In this document: positions 1 through 10,688 of the stretch, piece by piece
Layout of the letters: the number at the start of each line of letters is the position of its first letter
How positions within the stretch are numbered: the stretch's first letter is position 1
Assembly: GCF_001194135.2 (NCBI RefSeq)
Contig: NC_068983.1
Span: forward strand, 1,803,503-1,857,055
DNA: 53,553 bases
Source of the DNA: Octopus bimaculoides
Taxonomy: Eukaryota
Direction: 5' to 3'
Translations under genes and position numbers: made by a program
The notes under the pieces: model-generated
Told to the model about the DNA's origin: nothing
Database searches by the model: none
What the model saw: only the letters and a program-made list of their open reading frames with translations

Positions 1-34
1 ATATATATATATATTCATATACACACATACACGT

Positions 35-70
<36 letters not shown>

Positions 71-265
71 GTATTTACAATATTTTCTTCAATATTATAA
101 AATTGTAAAACTTGTAATTAATAAAACGTGAAAATCAGACTAAGTTGCAATTTCATTAATATATTCGTCTATACGCAACCATAGGAACTCGGATATTCTA
201 CCCTATCAATCTTTCTGTCTATCTGTCTATATGTCTATCTGTCTACCTATCTATCTATCTGTCTG

Positions 266-315
<50 letters not shown>

Positions 316-545
316 CATCAATCAATCTATCTATCAATCTATCTATTCCGCTATCTATCCATTTGTCTATCTATCTATCTATCTCTCTATATATCTATCT
401 CACCATCTTTCCATCTATCCATTTATCTATCTAACCATCTGTCCATCTATCTATCCATATACACATATACACACACATACATACATACATACATACATAC
501 ATACATACATACATGCACACATACACACACACTCATACACACATA
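1..545. repeat. Compound microsatellite (TA)n/(CA)n/(TATC)n/(TACA)n
   Basis: Directly visible; explains the LSIY-type ORF 231-434. Confidence 0.95.
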
Positions 546-1447
546 TATAAAAACATGAACTAATATTTTTCCAATTAATAGTAGTACATTTTTGATGAAG
601 TAAAATGCAGCTTAGGTAATAATGTTTCTCGGTCGAATCTATTTTGGTTCAAAGTTATGTTAACCGTTAAGGTATGTTATTTGGTTTTGCCTCCTCCCTA
701 TCCTTTATTACTCATATATCTTATTATATAATGGCTGAAGAACAGCTTCGTGAATTTCCTTCCGCTTAATATCCTTTGCAAGATATCTATCAAACTAGTA
801 CCATGAGAAAAGAAAAAAATATGCCTACCGATTATGTCATGTATTACTGGCCTCGGAATTCGAGTTCAAAACCACTCAAATACTTAATAATGGCAGCTTA
901 AGATAAATGTCTATTTGATTTAAACGAGGTCCCGAAGGATTAAATCTTCCTTTAAATATACTGAAATTATAGTGAATTCCTCATTATTATATTATGTAGT
1001 CCTGGTGCAATAATCGTTGGTAGCGGCATCATTTCGCTAAGATAATATTGTGAACTAGAATATCACGGGATTGTATTCAATGACTAGGGTGGATATTAAA
1101 CGTGATATTAAATCATGATAAATTCTATCCATTAACGTTCGTCTAATGAATATCATTAGTTATTATGTATATAGATATAATTATTAAGGGCGTCAGTGTA
1201 GGACAAAAGCGGAATAAATACTCGTTAAGCAACTCGCGGGATTTATTTTGGTCTCTTTATGTTGGGAACTTTCATCCGTAGTCATCGATAAAACAAATGT
1301 CTGTCAACTACTGTCATTGATATAATTGATTATGCCCTCATTCAAAATGATTTTTCTGTGAACCTATGATAACAATCAGTGTTATTGGTGATCATATCGC
1401 TAACAATGACTGTAGCATTGCAGCAGAAACATCTGTTATAATGATTG

Positions 1448-1652
1448 TTTCAAATTTCGGTATAAGGCCAGCAAATTCTGGGGAGGGGTGGTGGACTATG
1501 TTGTCCCCTGTGTTCGACTGGTACTTATTTTATCGACCTGGAAAGGATGAAATGCAAAATCGACCTCGGTGAAATTTGAACCCTAAACGTTAAGACAGAC
1601 GTAATGCCGTTAAGCACTGTGCTCGGCGCGCTACCGATTCTGCCACCTTGCC
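1448..1652 (-). mobile_element. tRNA-derived SINE, family 1 (GGCGGCGAGCTGGCAGAA head), diverged copy
   Basis: Reverse complement aligns with the copies at 1683-1875, 23343-23575 and 38734-38948 (head, B-box-like segment, central GTCGATAAA-TAAGTACC block). Confidence 0.85.
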
Positions 1653-1682
1653 TTAGCTTTATTAATATCATTAGTTTCAAAT

Positions 1683-1875
1683 GGCGGCGAGCTGGCAGAA
1701 CCGTTAGCACATCGGTCGAAATGCTTAGCAATATTTCGTTTGTCTTTACGTTCTGAGTTCAAATTCCGCCGAGGTCGACTTTTCCTTTCATCCATTCGAG
1801 GTCGATAAATTAAGTGTCAGCTGCGTACTGGGGTCGATCTAATCGACTGACTCACTCCCCTAAAATTTCAGGCCT
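1683..1875 (+). mobile_element. tRNA-derived SINE, family 1
   Basis: GGCGGCGAGCTGGCAGAACCGTTAGC head, GAGTTCAAATTCC B-box-like motif, central CCTTTCATCC..GAGGTCGATAAATTAAGT domain; multi-copy in the window. Confidence 0.9.
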
Positions 1876-2458
1876 GGAGCTGAAGAGAATATCATTAGTT
1901 TTATTGTGTGAAGCTATTCAGGTCTCACCTGTTACTGTTACTTTGATATCTTCATAAAGATGTCTTTTACAATTTGTCCCTTTAAATGTAAGCTTCTCTT
2001 CTTTCATTCTTTCTGTCATTCGCTCCCAGATTTTCTTACTGCATTTCTAGATCATGTAAAGTATTGCCAAAGCACAAAACACACCATGTAAATGGACCTA
2101 CTTATTGAAGCCTGTACAATTGTATTCAATATCTCAAAATTAAAATAGAAATAAAACTACATAGAAAATTGAAGAGGAAGCAAAAACATAAAAATAATTG
2201 GATAGAAACCAAAAGATAATTGAAATCAATATCCGAATGGTATTAAAGTTAATATTTTCCAAGCTGACCTGTTTATATGCAGTTTTAGCAGAATAAAATT
2301 CGAACAAATTCTACCAAAGTTGATTTCTATTTTGCGAAGATGTAAGAGCGAAATTTTATATATTCGATTTGAAATTATACAAATTATAATCACAAAGACA
2401 ACTAAATAGACAGGTACAAAAACACAAGGAAAGAAAGAAAAGTATGGATGGATGGATG

Positions 2459-2490
<32 letters not shown>

Positions 2491-3327
2491 CATTTCTTGT
2501 ATTAGCCACACAGGGCTCAACAAAGATGGGACGAATACAATGTAGAGCTTTTCTTTTTGGGAGGGGGAAGGGGAAAACAGTAGGAGTGGGTGTCGATCAA
2601 AAGGGATCGAGAGAAAAAAAAAGCGATCAATAGGGATCGTGTATCACAGTAATGTTCTGGTGTAAAAGGGGGGAGGACAGTTTAGGTTTAGCCGTGGAAA
2701 GAAAAGCCTACGGAAAAGACCACGGTAACCTTGGTCAATATTGTCAGTGCAGAAACTATAACAGTAAGTGATTCTCTTTTGCCTTTTTGTTTTTGTCTGG
2801 ATTTTTTTTACTCCTTTATAGTGTTATGCTCAAGGTGGCTCCGTCATTCACACGTGCCATCCTTGCTACATTCACCCATCTTTTTTTTGAAGCATTCACT
2901 AGACAAGACTTCCCTTTCTACTCTCGCCTTCCTCTTCAGGTGATACTTGAAGAAGCTGATGAGAGATTGCCCAGAGAGGAAAGTCTTTGTCTCTAGACCT
3001 TTCAGACGCGTCCACCATACACATTCTTTCGCCATAGCCACAAGTACGATGAAAATGGCTCTCCCTTCCCGTTTAAAGGAAGGAGGCGCGACAATATTCA
3101 CGATAGACTCGGCTGATAGACCGACTCGTCCCACACGCGATAGCAGTTGTTCGACGTAAGCCCACAGCTCGGAAATGGTGCGACACTGTACGAGTGCGTG
3201 CAGAACGGGATAGATAGGTAGATAGATAGGTAGACAAACAGACAGACAGACATACAGACAAATAGACAGACAGACAGACAAATAGACAGACAGACAGATA
3301 GACAGACAGACAGACAGGCAGATAGAC

Positions 3328-3370
<43 letters not shown>

Positions 3371-4578
3371 GTGCGTGAAGAACGGTTTCGTCGCTCTGAT
3401 CTATCCTATCGAAAGCTTTTGATTGGTCCAAATTGATCAGCACCCAACCCATGCTAGGTTCCTTAACTACCCTGTCAATGATGTAGCGCATCAGATGGAG
3501 GTAGGTTATCACGGATTCTCCTACCCGGCACGGCGCAAGGTTACGTCTTGTCGACAAGTTTCTCGATGACAAGCACCAACCTCTCGGCTAACACCTTGGT
3601 CAAAATCTCCAAGTCTGCATTAAGCAGAGTGATGGGCCTGAAGTTATCTATGATGTTCCCCTTGTTTGGATCTTTCTTTTGCAGTGCCACCGCTCCTCGC
3701 TTTACAGAGACAGGGATACTCCCGTTTTGCTGCCAGTTGCAGTAGACAGCTGCCAGGACGCCTCCAAACAAGTTTGGCATATGACAATAAGGTTCCTAGG
3801 GCAGACCATCCAAGCCTGATGACTTGTCTCCCGCGCAGCCTGCCAATGCATCCCGTACGTCCGCGGCTGTGATGGGTCTTTCACAACACATCGGCTCTCT
3901 TGCTGAGAGTCGTGGCAGGCTATGCAGGTAGGCACTAAAGTCCATTCTACGTTCAACCCACCATTTGTCCCGAACAGTCGGGCAAAGTGTTGTTGAATGG
4001 CCTCACACATACTTTCGGGCTCGAGTAATTCGTGCCCCTGTTCATCTGTTAGGGACCTAATGGTGGCTTTGTTGCCTCGTTCCGCCTCCGCCTCTCAGGC
4101 GTCTCGGGCCTCTCGGGTGGCTCCAACTCTTTCCTTCTTCAGAGTACGCATCCTAGCCCTGACAACGCATCCTTCGTGTTTGGTGTTGAAGTGTTAGTCG
4201 AGGGGCAACCTCGCCGCCAGTACGTTGGACGCGATACCAGTTATAAGTGCCTCTTCTAATTTCTTAACTACGTCTCCCTCTATTCGGTCTAATGCTAGGG
4301 CCTTATCATACCTAACCGATTCTGCTTTAATTGCTTTCTTTAGGGCATACCACCATCGATTGTTTACGATGGCGCCCGTGAATGGTCTCTTAACTAATCT
4401 GCTAATCCGGTCCCTGTAAGCCTGCCGTACTGTGAACGACGCGTTCAACTTCTAGTAACCGGGACTTTGCCTATGTGTCTTATCTAAGTCAAATGTACAA
4501 GTCACAAATTTGTGGTCTGTATAGCTGAATAGATGGAATTGTGGACAACCTACACTATCCTTATCCACTGTCCTACAG
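2491..4578 (-). mobile_element. 5'-truncated, internally deleted Tx1/L1-clade LINE (end of APE, linker, RT N-part, C-terminal zinc-knuckle remnant, 3'UTR) with (TATC)n tail at 2445-2490
   Basis: Translated motifs: YTDHKFV..SPGY*KLNAS (APE end), [41 protein letters not shown] (RT), [10 protein letters not shown] (HxxxxC). ORF2 stop TAA at 2816-2818. Several stops and frameshifts. Confidence 0.9.
3209..3368. repeat. 160-bp (GATA)n/(GACA)n tract flanked by 17-bp direct repeats
   Basis: GAGTGCGTGCAGAACGG at 3192-3208 and GAGTGCGTGAAGAACGG at 3369-3385 (1 mismatch). Confidence 0.9.
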
Positions 4579-4940
4579 CAATTGACAAATCTAAAAAAAA
4601 GTCTTTAAATGTAGAATAAAATCGCTAAGACAAAACAACAACAATGTAGGCAGCTTAAGTTGTCGTCCGAAAATTTTTTGTTCAAGGAAAATAACCTGAA
4701 AACAAATTAAAAACAAATATTAAAACGATTGTAATTCAATTAAGAAATTTTATATAGGATGGACAAAATATATTTAAAATATAGACAAATAAACCTTTAA
4801 AATGTACATCTTTATGCACCTTCCATGATTTAGCATATTATCTGTTTTCCATCTCACGAGCTAGAAACATCCCCGCCACACATACGTGCATATGTATAAA
4901 TGTTACTCCAAATGTTACTACATACTACTGTAAAACGATT

Positions 4941-5019
4941 TGTGCATTATTTACATTAGACGGATATTTGTCCTCATCTTGGTTATTGTTAACATAACAT
5001 TTCGGCTGACATATCCTCT
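4941..5019 (-). mobile_element. Inverted fragment of the hammerhead-bearing SINE tail (family A)
   Basis: Reverse complement reads CAGCCGAAATGTTATGTTAACAATAACCAAGATGAGGACAAATATCCGTC, matching 5503-5552 and 8404-8468. Confidence 0.85.
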
Positions 5020-5032
5020 ATTATTATTATTA

Positions 5033-5078
5033 GTTCGATTCCAAGCAGCGACCTGAAGAAGAAGAAGAAGAAGAAGAA

Positions 5079-5127
<49 letters not shown>

Positions 5128-5381
5128 TTTTTTTTTTTTAATACATGTTTTACCTGTGAATTTGCGTGTGTGAACTGGGAATGCATACAACGAGTTTCTC
5201 TGCCCTAGGTGTACTGAAAACACTCGGCGAGAAATGGAAGAAAACTTGAAGAAAGAAGAAAAAAACATAAAATAATAATAATAATAACCATAAGAGCATC
5301 ACAGCAAACCACAGCACATACCCAAGGCACACAGAGCTGCGCTTGGTAGTGAAGTGAAAGCACGTTATAAAAATAAAACTA

Positions 5382-5422
<41 letters not shown>

Positions 5423-5601
5423 CAATATCGAAAAATACCTTAGGAATGAGAACCCAGGTTCGAAATTTCCCCAAGACACCTGATGAAGGCTGGAACGTAT
5501 ATCACTCGAAGCGCTATGTTAACAACAAACAAGATGAGGACAAATATCCGTCATATGTAAAAAATGCAAATAATCTACATAATTCCACATCTTTTAAATA
5601 T
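5033..5601 (+). mobile_element. Composite family-A SINE: B-box remnant, (GAA)n(TAA)n, unrelated inserts, (AAT)n, hammerhead-bearing tail
   Basis: GTTCGATTCCAAGCAGCGACCTGAA matches the head end at 8134-8157; tail 5428-5601 matches 8326-8500; degenerate hammerhead at 5475-5520. Confidence 0.8.
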
Positions 5602-5685
5602 AGGATCGGACGCTTTGTGTAATACGCTTGTTATACCCAGAAAGCAACACATTTAACCTCGGACCAATGCTTTGTGTGTTTATTT

Positions 5686-5687
<2 letters not shown>

Positions 5688-5762
<75 letters not shown>
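5688..5762. repeat. (GT)n microsatellite
   Basis: Directly visible. Confidence 0.95.
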
Positions 5763-5768
<6 letters not shown>

Positions 5769-7011
5769 CATGTGTTTGTTTTTTCTTTTGTTTTCATTAT
5801 CTGAAGTCTTCCTGAAAGTTAGCAGCTATTTACTCACATAGCGACAATTGTCCGTCGATCGAATGTCGACGACAAATCTAATTCATTCATATTTTCAACT
5901 TGAGAAATAGTTGTATATTCATACTTGTGGATTGTATTTGATATGCACGTGTTATCTGGGTTTTTGTCTTTAGTCTGTATACTTTAGCTCATCCAGATTG
6001 TCACTTAGGCATTTACTCACAAAATCAAGTGTACCAATTAGCATTGGCATAAATGTGAATTTATAATTTGGGTGTAGAAGCTGAACATTTCAAACCAGAA
6101 GTCAGTTCTCTTCGATTTTCGAAAAGTTATTCACATCAGAAGAGGAGCTTCTCCCTTTGACGGTAAATAACATTATTTGTCTCCCGCAAACAGCAGTATC
6201 CGGTCCGTTATATTAGCACTTGATTGAAACTTTAGTGGAACTGTTCCACTAATATTCTTTCTGTTGACGTTTATGTATATAATTAACCTCAGTGCGATTT
6301 TCTATATCATCACCAGAAAGTCTGTTTTTCGAATGGAATTGTATCCTGCTTTAGAGACAACATCGTGTCACATTCTGAGAGAGAGAGAGTACTTTCATAT
6401 TTTTGAGTGACTGATGATCACGCGAGTGATATCTTCCACACAAAAAAATATCACATTGTATCAGTAATCAAGACGAAACGGTGGTTATTTCAAGTCCTAC
6501 AAATAATGAAATGCATTTGAAATATTAAATATAAAAAAATATCACTAATATAGGCATTGAAATATTACCTTAGAAAAATTTTAATTAGCCCCGATAATTC
6601 GAGTTAAATACTTTTAAAACTTTCTACTAATGCATTTTATGTAGAAACTATAGAAAATTGAGGTTGCTCTGAGAGCCAATCTTAATGCGTTTCTTTGATT
6701 CTTGGAATGGTTATTTAACTGCCGTAAAGATTACTTGAGGCAGGGAGAGAGGTATATAAGTAGTGTAGCGAAATATATAGAAGCTTAGTAACATAGAAAA
6801 CGACGCTGATGCAGGCAGGACGTTGAATATAAAAATAACTGCAATAAAGTGTGTAGAAAGGTTACCTTATAATTAGCCTTGTTGTTACATGTTAAAAATA
6901 CTTTCCAAAGCCCTAAATATAGAGAGGAGTAAAGAGAGGTTCGTAGGCGTGTCGAATATTTGTGTCTGTTATACATACACACGCGTGCACACACGCCTAC
7001 TCATTTGGACG

Positions 7012-7042
<31 letters not shown>

Positions 7043-7066
7043 TTGTGTATACACACACACACACAC

Positions 7067-7101
<35 letters not shown>

Positions 7102-7251
7102 CATACATACATGTACACACGCACTCTAATACACACATATGTATACTAATTTATATATATATACATATATATGTAAATATTTAACACACAACAAACACAC
7201 ACACAAAAACACACACAAACACACACACACAGACACACACANNNNNNNNNN

Positions 7252-7297
<46 letters not shown>

Positions 7298-8088
7298 TGT
7301 GTGTGTGTGCGTGTAACGAAAATGAACGTCAATAACAAAAATAGTTATTTTAAAAACATATATTCCAAACTGGTTGTGCGCAACTGTAATTATCCTGCAA
7401 TTTTGCACTTGGAGTTTCATGAAATATAACGAAGTTTTAATTATCGATATTACTTCGTTGCTCCAGTGAAAGACAGCCTCTATGTCATTTATTACAAAAT
7501 TCATCATGACACACATCTTTCATTATCCTATTTTTGTTTTTTGTGTACTTTTGCTCATGTTATTAATATGTGCAACCTGTTATTTCCCAGCATGGAACAT
7601 CCGTGTTTAGGCTGAAGACATGCTTATCAGATGTTGCCTCATTGGTAACTATTTTTTGTTTATTTTAATTGCATTATATCACGATTAGTGATCAGTGCTG
7701 ATTGTTTATAGTTCGTAAGTGATTCACAGAATTTGTAACAGCGAGAATAAGAAGGGATCAGGTGTAAATTTATGCAGAAGAAACATAAATATTGCGAATC
7801 GTTTTTCTAGATGCTATCTAAATGTATGTCTTATAATATTACTGTCCAAACCATACCTGCATTGAAACATACAGACACATGCATATATAAAAACATTCTT
7901 ACATACACACACAATGTATATATAGTGCATAATTACCTGTGATCATTTGTATAAATATATACGTAGTGCTCTCGTATATACGTACGCATATCGCTGTAGA
8001 ATATTTTAAGTATTCATTTACATTCAAATGTAATAAACATAAAATATAACATTATTTACATTTGACGGATATCTCTCCACTACTCATA

Positions 8089-8156
8089 TGGCGTAGTGGT
8101 TAAGAGGGCTGGCTGCTAACCCCAAGATTCCGAGTTCGATTCCAGGCACTGACCTC

Positions 8157-8188
<32 letters not shown>

Positions 8189-8297
8189 CAATAATAATAC
8201 TGGTGTACCTTATCAGACAGTTAGTTCTGATGGGTATAATGGGCTTCATATATTTTACCCCAGCGCCACTGTGATGGTATGAACTGCTCTCTCACTC

Positions 8298-8328
<31 letters not shown>

Positions 8329-8515
8329 TCGAAAAATACCTTAGGAATGAGAACCCAGGTTCGAAATTTCCCCAAGACACCTGATGAAGTCTGGTGGGTA
8401 TATCAGCCGAAACGTTGTGCTAACAACAAAGAAGATGAGGATAAATATCTGTAAAATGTAAATAATGTACATAATTCCTCACCTCTTAAATATAGAACTG
8501 TATAAAATACAACGT
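8089..8515 (+). mobile_element. Family-A SINE: tRNA-like Pol III head, (AAT)n, 97-bp insert, (AAT)n, PLE-type tail with hammerhead
   Basis: A box TGGCGTAGTGG at 8089-8099, B box GTTCGATTCC at 8134-8143; tail shared with 5428-5601; inverted tail fragment at 8049-8072. Confidence 0.85.
8376..8421 (+). ncRNA. Minimal type-I hammerhead ribozyme motif, canonical C3:G8 core
   Basis: GACAC-CTGATGA-A-GTCTG(gtgggtatat)CAGCC-GAAA-CG-TT-GTGCT. Palindromic ACGT stem III; predicted cut after 8416; one mismatch each in helices I and II. Confidence 0.75.
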
Positions 8516-9108
8516 AACTGTATCAATAAAAACCATTAGAACGAACTATAAATACAATTCAAATAAACACAGCTACCAAAATGTACTTAAGCAGATCCTA
8601 CAGAATTATTGTAGTGTGGAAGTTTGTCTCTTGTACTGCAGATCTAAGACCTGAATGTCAAATGTCACATGTGCTTGGGAAGCGCCAGTTCTGCAGTTTA
8701 TCATCTGCAGAGGAAAGAAAAGTTCTTTACAGCTTTTTTTGCATTGTGATGTTCACAGCAGCAAAAGAGATTTAGTGCTGATTACAAAATTTCAAAGGAA
8801 CATATTTGTTCGGCCTGAATAAGTATTGATGATCGAATGGAGGAGAGAATGTGTTCCAGGCGCGACTTATAGATGCCTTTTACGTGTATTTTTATACACA
8901 ATGCCAAATAGATATTTGAACATTTACTGCAAGACAAAGTATGAAAGCCGTCTGAATTCCGAAAATAATATCTCACAAGACTTTTATTGAGCCAGTGGTA
9001 GCAGCAACATTTAGGGTACTAGATTTGATCCTTAAATGAATCCACGGAGTGTATATCAAGAATAAGGACGAGTTAAACTTCCGTGGCAAATCCTATACAT
9101 ATATACAC

Positions 9109-9139
<31 letters not shown>

Positions 9140-9149
9140 NNNNNNNNNN

Positions 9150-9214
<65 letters not shown>

Positions 9215-9215
<1 letters not shown>

Positions 9216-9755
9216 ATTATTCAGTATTGCCGAACTCCCTGATGCCGAGACTGGACCAGCTGATGGGACAAACTCTGATGTCAGAGTGGAACACTTTAGC
9301 AGCCATTATCACTAACACTGCCCAAGATATTCTTGGTGTTCTGAATAGACGTCATCAGGACTGGTTTGGTGACAACTCGACGGAGAGCCACTCACTCCTA
9401 CGTGAATAGAATGCTGTACACAACAGACATCTCCGTCAACCAACAGCAGCCAACCACAAACATTAGGCAAACCTCCGCTCTGAGGTCAAGCGAAAACCTA
9501 GAACCATGCAGAGCAACTGGCACAAACAACATCCAAGCTTTCTACAAATCCATAAAGACCACATACGGCCCAATTAGAGGGTCCTTCTGCCCCGTATGGA
9601 ACGATGATTCAACATCACTCATCAAGGACCAAGATGGCATTCTGTCACGATGGGCTGAGCATTTCATTACCCTCCTCAACTGTAGAAACCTCATAGACCC
9701 TTCTCTTCTTGACAGCATCCCTTCACTAACACCCATCGATTGCCTAGATGACATG
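9215..9755 (+). mobile_element. RTE-clade LINE ORF fragment (linker before RT)
   Basis: EWNTLAAIITNTAQDILGVLNRRHQDWF and FYKSIKTTYGP..LIKDQDGILSRWAEHFITLLN are typical RTE/BovB linker motifs; frameshifted. Confidence 0.8.
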
Positions 9756-9756
9756 C

Positions 9757-10050
9757 TTACAGAATCAGAAAATAGTACAAAACACCAAAATTTCGGAGAC
9801 ATTTTTCTCTCGTCCAGAATTGCTGCAGCATGGAATGAAATAACAGCATCAATTATTAATTCTCGGAATACAGCATCCTTCAAGAATCCTATGCTTCCAG
9901 AAATCTGCCAAGAATACGCTTGATGTTACTTTTTTATGACTCATTCACTGTTCATTTTCCTGTCTTTTTTCTACATTACTCAATGCACTGTTGACTAAAT
10001 TTTCTAATGAGTTGTTGATCAGCAGAGCACTGTGTACAATACGCCACTAT
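9757..10050 (+). mobile_element. CR1/L2-group LINE 3' end (ORF2 C-terminus plus 3'UTR)
   Basis: FLSSRIAAAWNEITASIINSRNTASFK resembles the FFSxRVVxxWNxLPxxVVxAxSxxxFK C-terminal motif. Confidence 0.65.
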
Positions 10051-10296
10051 TGTTATATTAGGACATGAGTTCACATACATTCACAACCATTAACGCACGC
10101 ACAAGCATTCAAAAATATCTGCTACTACCGTGAATTAAAGTAATAGTGTTACTACTTGTATGTGTGTGCCTCCTCAGTGAGTCTTGTCTAAATTGATTCT
10201 AGAATTACAAACAATTTAATCACTGACACCAACACACAAATATACGTGCACGCACACACACATACATATGTGTATATATATAAATGAAAATAAACG

Positions 10297-10532
10297 TTTC
10301 CTTCATGAGCCATGTCAGGTTCACGAGGACCAGTTTCTCGGTTTCAATGGCCTATATATTCCCCACTTGGACGGGACGCTGGTCCGTCGCAGGATTACTC
10401 ATTTTGCCAGCCGAGTGGACGGGAGCAACGTGAAATGAAATGTTTTGCTCAAAAACATAACACATTGTCTTGTCCAGGAATCGAAACCACAATCTTACGA
10501 GCAAGAGTCCAACACCCTAATGACAAAGCCAC
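10297..10532 (-). mobile_element. tRNA-derived SINE with CORE-like centre and GCCATWGAAACCGRGAAAC tail
   Basis: Minus strand has A/B-box-like head (GGTTTCGATTCC) and TTTTTGAGCAAAACATTTCATTTCACGTTGCTC central block; tail shared with 44850-44910. Confidence 0.8.
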
Positions 10533-10544
10533 TTGCATGTAGAT

Positions 10545-10595
10545 ATGTGTGTCTGTCTGTCTGCCTGTCTGTCTGTATGTATGTCTGTCTATCTG

Positions 10596-10666
<71 letters not shown>

Positions 10667-10688
10667 CTCTCTATCTATCTATCTATCA
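10545..10688. repeat. (TCTG)n/(TCTA)n microsatellite
   Basis: Directly visible. Confidence 0.95.

Noticed and set aside
2956-2985. CTGATGA...GAAAGTC resembling a hammerhead
   Set aside because: No helix II or helix I pairing; it is antisense LINE coding sequence and a chance match.
6099-7644. Two small plus-strand exon candidates (6099-6162; 7591-7644, HGTSVFRLKTCLSDVASL)
   Set aside because: AG/GT boundaries exist, but the first acceptor is weak, the peptides are unrecognised and a consistent gene model cannot be supported.
8089-8157. Possible tRNA gene
   Set aside because: Has A and B boxes but no proper acceptor stem, and it runs into (AAT)n with a partial paralog at 5033; it is a SINE head.
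8575-9030. Coding-looking island with short ORFs on both strands
   Set aside because: Stops in all frames and no recognisable motif; possibly an old transposon fragment.
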